A stretch of 64,000 nucleotides of DNA from positions 191,881,582-191,945,581 of the forward strand of contig NC_068981.1 in assembly GCF_001194135.2 (NCBI RefSeq). The letters are read 5' to 3'. This stretch comes from Octopus bimaculoides (Eukaryota). Shown here in pieces: positions 60,721 to 64,000 of the stretch. Position 1 is the stretch's first letter, and every line of letters starts with the position of its first letter. The notes beneath the pieces were generated by a model, which did no database searches, was not told the origin of the DNA, and worked only from the letters and a program-made list of their open reading frames with translations. The translations under genes and the position numbers were made by a program.

Positions 60721-61556
60721 CTAACATATACATTCAGTAAGGGATGACATAATCCAGACTCAATTACTTCTACATGACATTATATATTTAATCATTCTCT
60801 GAAATAATTTTGGTGTCATGATCCCTTGATAAAACATATGGTATGAAGCAAGTTATCTGAGGAACAAAGATTCACAACGTTTAACCTACTTTCATCTCAT
60901 TCAGCTTTAGTGCAATGTGAATTCTACACGCTTTCTTAACAGTGTTCTTACTCCAAAATATATCTCCTAATATAGAAGCTATTCTTTCTTAAGCCACTCC
61001 TATGCCTCTCCCCTTACCCTTCACCTTATTGGTATTTCCTTTCAACTGCACCCCTACCTTTGTCCACCTACATCCACTCCAATTTTTAACTGTTACTCCC
61101 TGTTCACACTTTCATGAAAATATTCCCTCTCACTTTCTCTCCCCTCCCCTCGCATGATTCACTATTTGTATTTTCTCTTATGCTCACCATCCTGTTCTTT
61201 GAGGTACTCCATCACTAACTTCCTTTTATCTCCCTCAGCCATGTATCTCCTCTGTAGAAAGACACCCATGCTTGTCCCTCTTTCATCTTTCAGTATCTGA
61301 CAAAAGGCCACCTTCCCCTCTCAAATACTTTCCACCAAGTAGAGGGAGCTTTTTCCTTTCTGCCTGTTCTTTTTCTTTGCAAGTTACTTGGCATTCTTGT
61401 TAGTGCCAGTGACACAAAAAAACCCACCCAATACACTCTGTAAAGTGGCTGGCATTAGGAAGGGCATCCAGACAGAGATTATGCTAAAGCTCTCTCAGCT
61501 TGACAGCCTTGCACTCACCAGATCTCATCAAACTATCCAACCCATACCAGCATAGA

Positions 61557-61587
<31 letters not shown>

Positions 61588-63529
61588 GGAGGAGGAGGAG
61601 GAGGAGGAGGAGGAGGAGGAGAGAATCACTCCATATGATCTAGTGGGTGTATAACATAAATTCTCTTAAACAACTGTCACTAAATCTACCTCAATACAAA
61701 ATTTTAATCCAGATGAATAACACAACGTTACTTGATGTTACACAATGCTAAACCTGCTAGAAATAACTGTCAAATCTCCCTCAAATCACACTATGCCACC
61801 TTTGAAAGGAGGACACCTGTAGTCTAAGACACATAATGTTTTCAAGGAAAATATGACATGTTCATGGCTGGAATGCCTTTGATCATAGACCTGCTTGACC
61901 AGGACTGGCTTGCAGTTAATATCTTATTAGAGGAAACATTTAGAAAGTGATGATAGGTTGTCAATATGGAAGTTAAAGATAATTTGAGAATGGGGGATGA
62001 GAAGTTTCAGATTTTGGCTTTGCAAAGAGAATGAAGTCAGAAGAAAAAAGTGGTGGTGTAGATTAAGTAAAATTAGAAAGGAACTGAAGATGAAGGTTGT
62101 GAAGTGAGGTGAGAGGGATGGCCTAAAAGAAAGGGTGAAAAGTTAGAAGTGAAAGGTGAACAAAGCAAAAAAGAGATATAGTGAGAAGAGCAAGTGCTTG
62201 AAATAAAGATAAATAGAAAGAAAAGATGAAGTGTGAAAGGAAGGGGTAGGGGAAACTAAGGGAGACAAAGAACAGTAACTATTCATAGGGGAACCTACAA
62301 AGGGAGCCTCCAATTTACTAAAAATACCAGCCTTCAAATCATAGTCTACTAAGACACATTTGACAATGTAGTCCATGATATATAAAGTCAGTCAGACATC
62401 TGGACAACAGTCTTTTGTCAGTTCTGTTTTAAGATCATTATTTTCCTTGCTGGTATGGTTCATATGGAACTTGTTGGGGCAAATTTTCTACAGTTGGATG
62501 TTCTTTTTGTCACTAACCCCTATTGATTTTCCAAGTGAAGTAATTTTTTTGAAGCCAATGGTCTTCAATCAAAAGCTGAAGCTATAGGGAACTTTACACT
62601 TACCAGAGAATGTAAACAAAGCTATTGTTTATAGTCAAACCATGTTAATGAAGACATGGAATCAATCACACACACAAATACACACATGTAGGATTAGGGA
62701 CTTCTCAGTTACCATCTATGAAACCCACTTATAAGGCATTGGTTGATATGAGATTATTAAAAAACATCCAAGGTGCCATACAGTGGGACTGAACCTAGAA
62801 CCGTATGCTATGTAATAAACTTCATTACCACACATTTATGTCTCCACCTGAGACACATATGAGATGTTTATATACAAAGACAAAAGGATTATTGTTTGAA
62901 CAGTTCTGATCACAAGTTTGTTTGATGAGAATTGACCTAGGGCTAAACAACAGCAATTATTTACAGATACACACATAAACAGATATATGCACATACTCAC
63001 AAACCTGTACACAGAAACAGGCACAACTCAACCAGTTTATTTGTATAGAACAATGTTATTAATTTTGAATGAACAGAAAAGGAAAGAAGAGTGGATCAGC
63101 ATTATGCTGACATGATTAAACCATTTCCAAATAGCTTTAATGTAATACTTTCTGGCCATAAAGACTTTTTTTTTCAGGCTGGCAATAACCAACACAAGAA
63201 ATATGTTCTCGTATAAAAGTTAACTTTTCATGTTCATCAAATCATAATCTCAGTTAATGGAAGTCTATTATACATATTTTAGACAAACGTTTGTGTATTT
63301 AGCCAGTCAGTAGAATGTTTTGTCCAAGGTATTTTCCCATCAGTCATATTGCTTTAAAATATAATTTATTAAAATGAATTTAATTCTTTGAAATAGATAA
63401 AATATCTTAATTTTAATAAGAATATTACTGAAGTGGTGTTTTAAAGGGCAGTGAGGGGTTGAATGAGGAATGGCAGCAGTTACATAATCATTTTGTTAAT
63501 AGAATCTTAGAAAAGATTATAGATACAAA

Positions 63530-63965
63530 TGAGGCTGTGTGGCAAAGGAGTTTACTTCAGGTTCAGTCTAAGTGTGTGGCACTTTGGGCAAATATTTTCA
63601 ACTATAGTCCTAAGCTAACCAAAGCATAGTGTGAATGGGTTTGGTTGATGAAAACTGAAAGAAGCTGTGTGTGTGTGCATGCATATATGCAAATATAGTT
63701 AGACAGATACATACATGTGTATATATGTATATATGTGTGTGTGTGTATATATTTTTGTGCCTCTTTTACTAGACAAAGTAATAGCTGTAAATAAGTATCA
63801 TAAGCAATGTCATTTATTTTCAATATTCTACAAAACCTTGTTTGGCCATGAGGAAATATTATTTTGCTTGGAAACAGGTGAGGCTGGCGACAGGAAGAGC
63901 ATTCAGCCATCAGAAATCTGATAATTCCACCTGACCCATGCAGGCATGGAAAAGTGGATGTGAAA
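63530..63965 (+). mobile_element. SINE family A, tail type 2
   Basis: Collinear with 41085-41535; ends CCCATGCAGGCATGGAAAAGTGGATGTGAAA. Confidence 0.75.
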
Positions 63966-64000
63966 ACAATATTGATTATGATATGTATTATTATTTTTTT

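Noticed and set aside
62143-62376. ORF MDYIVKCVLVD.. resembling alpha-catulin MDLIHYVVK
   Set aside because: In-frame stop just upstream, no splice sites, and it runs into a low-complexity pyrimidine tract.

Overview
Eukaryotic, AT-rich, microsatellite-dense genomic DNA with seven N gaps. The SINE/LINE families look like those of an octopus (inference, no database check). The window lies almost entirely inside one minus-strand gene encoding alpha-catulin (CTNNAL1; vinculin/alpha-catenin family). I reconstructed nine GT-AG exons (51227-51430, 43614-43700, 38611-38769, 19954-20046, 14482-14667, 5745-5795, 5046-5306, 4008-4130, 3742-3825). They splice into one open frame of 1248 nt / 416 codons covering the M region and the C-terminal actin-binding-type bundle. 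The 5' exons lie mostly outside the window (one candidate at 60664-60720) and the terminal exon is unresolved. Introns hold RTE, CR1/L2-like and RLE-type LINE fragments, Tc1/mariner remnants, TTAA-flanked (piggyBac-type) MITEs, several tRNA-derived SINE families, a decayed 5S rRNA copy, and mini/microsatellites. I see no evidence for a new multi-gene system. The most unusual observations are: a 186-bp element with 43/44-nt terminal inverted repeats enclosing a minimal hammerhead-ribozyme-like fold (34994-35179); an intact C4HC3 PHD finger inside the reverse-transcriptase region of an RTE LINE (6974-7105); nine consecutive symmetric phase-0 exons; and a head-to-head SINE pair that should fold into long dsRNA (53870-54612). 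Repeat boundaries are approximate; exon boundaries were read base by base.
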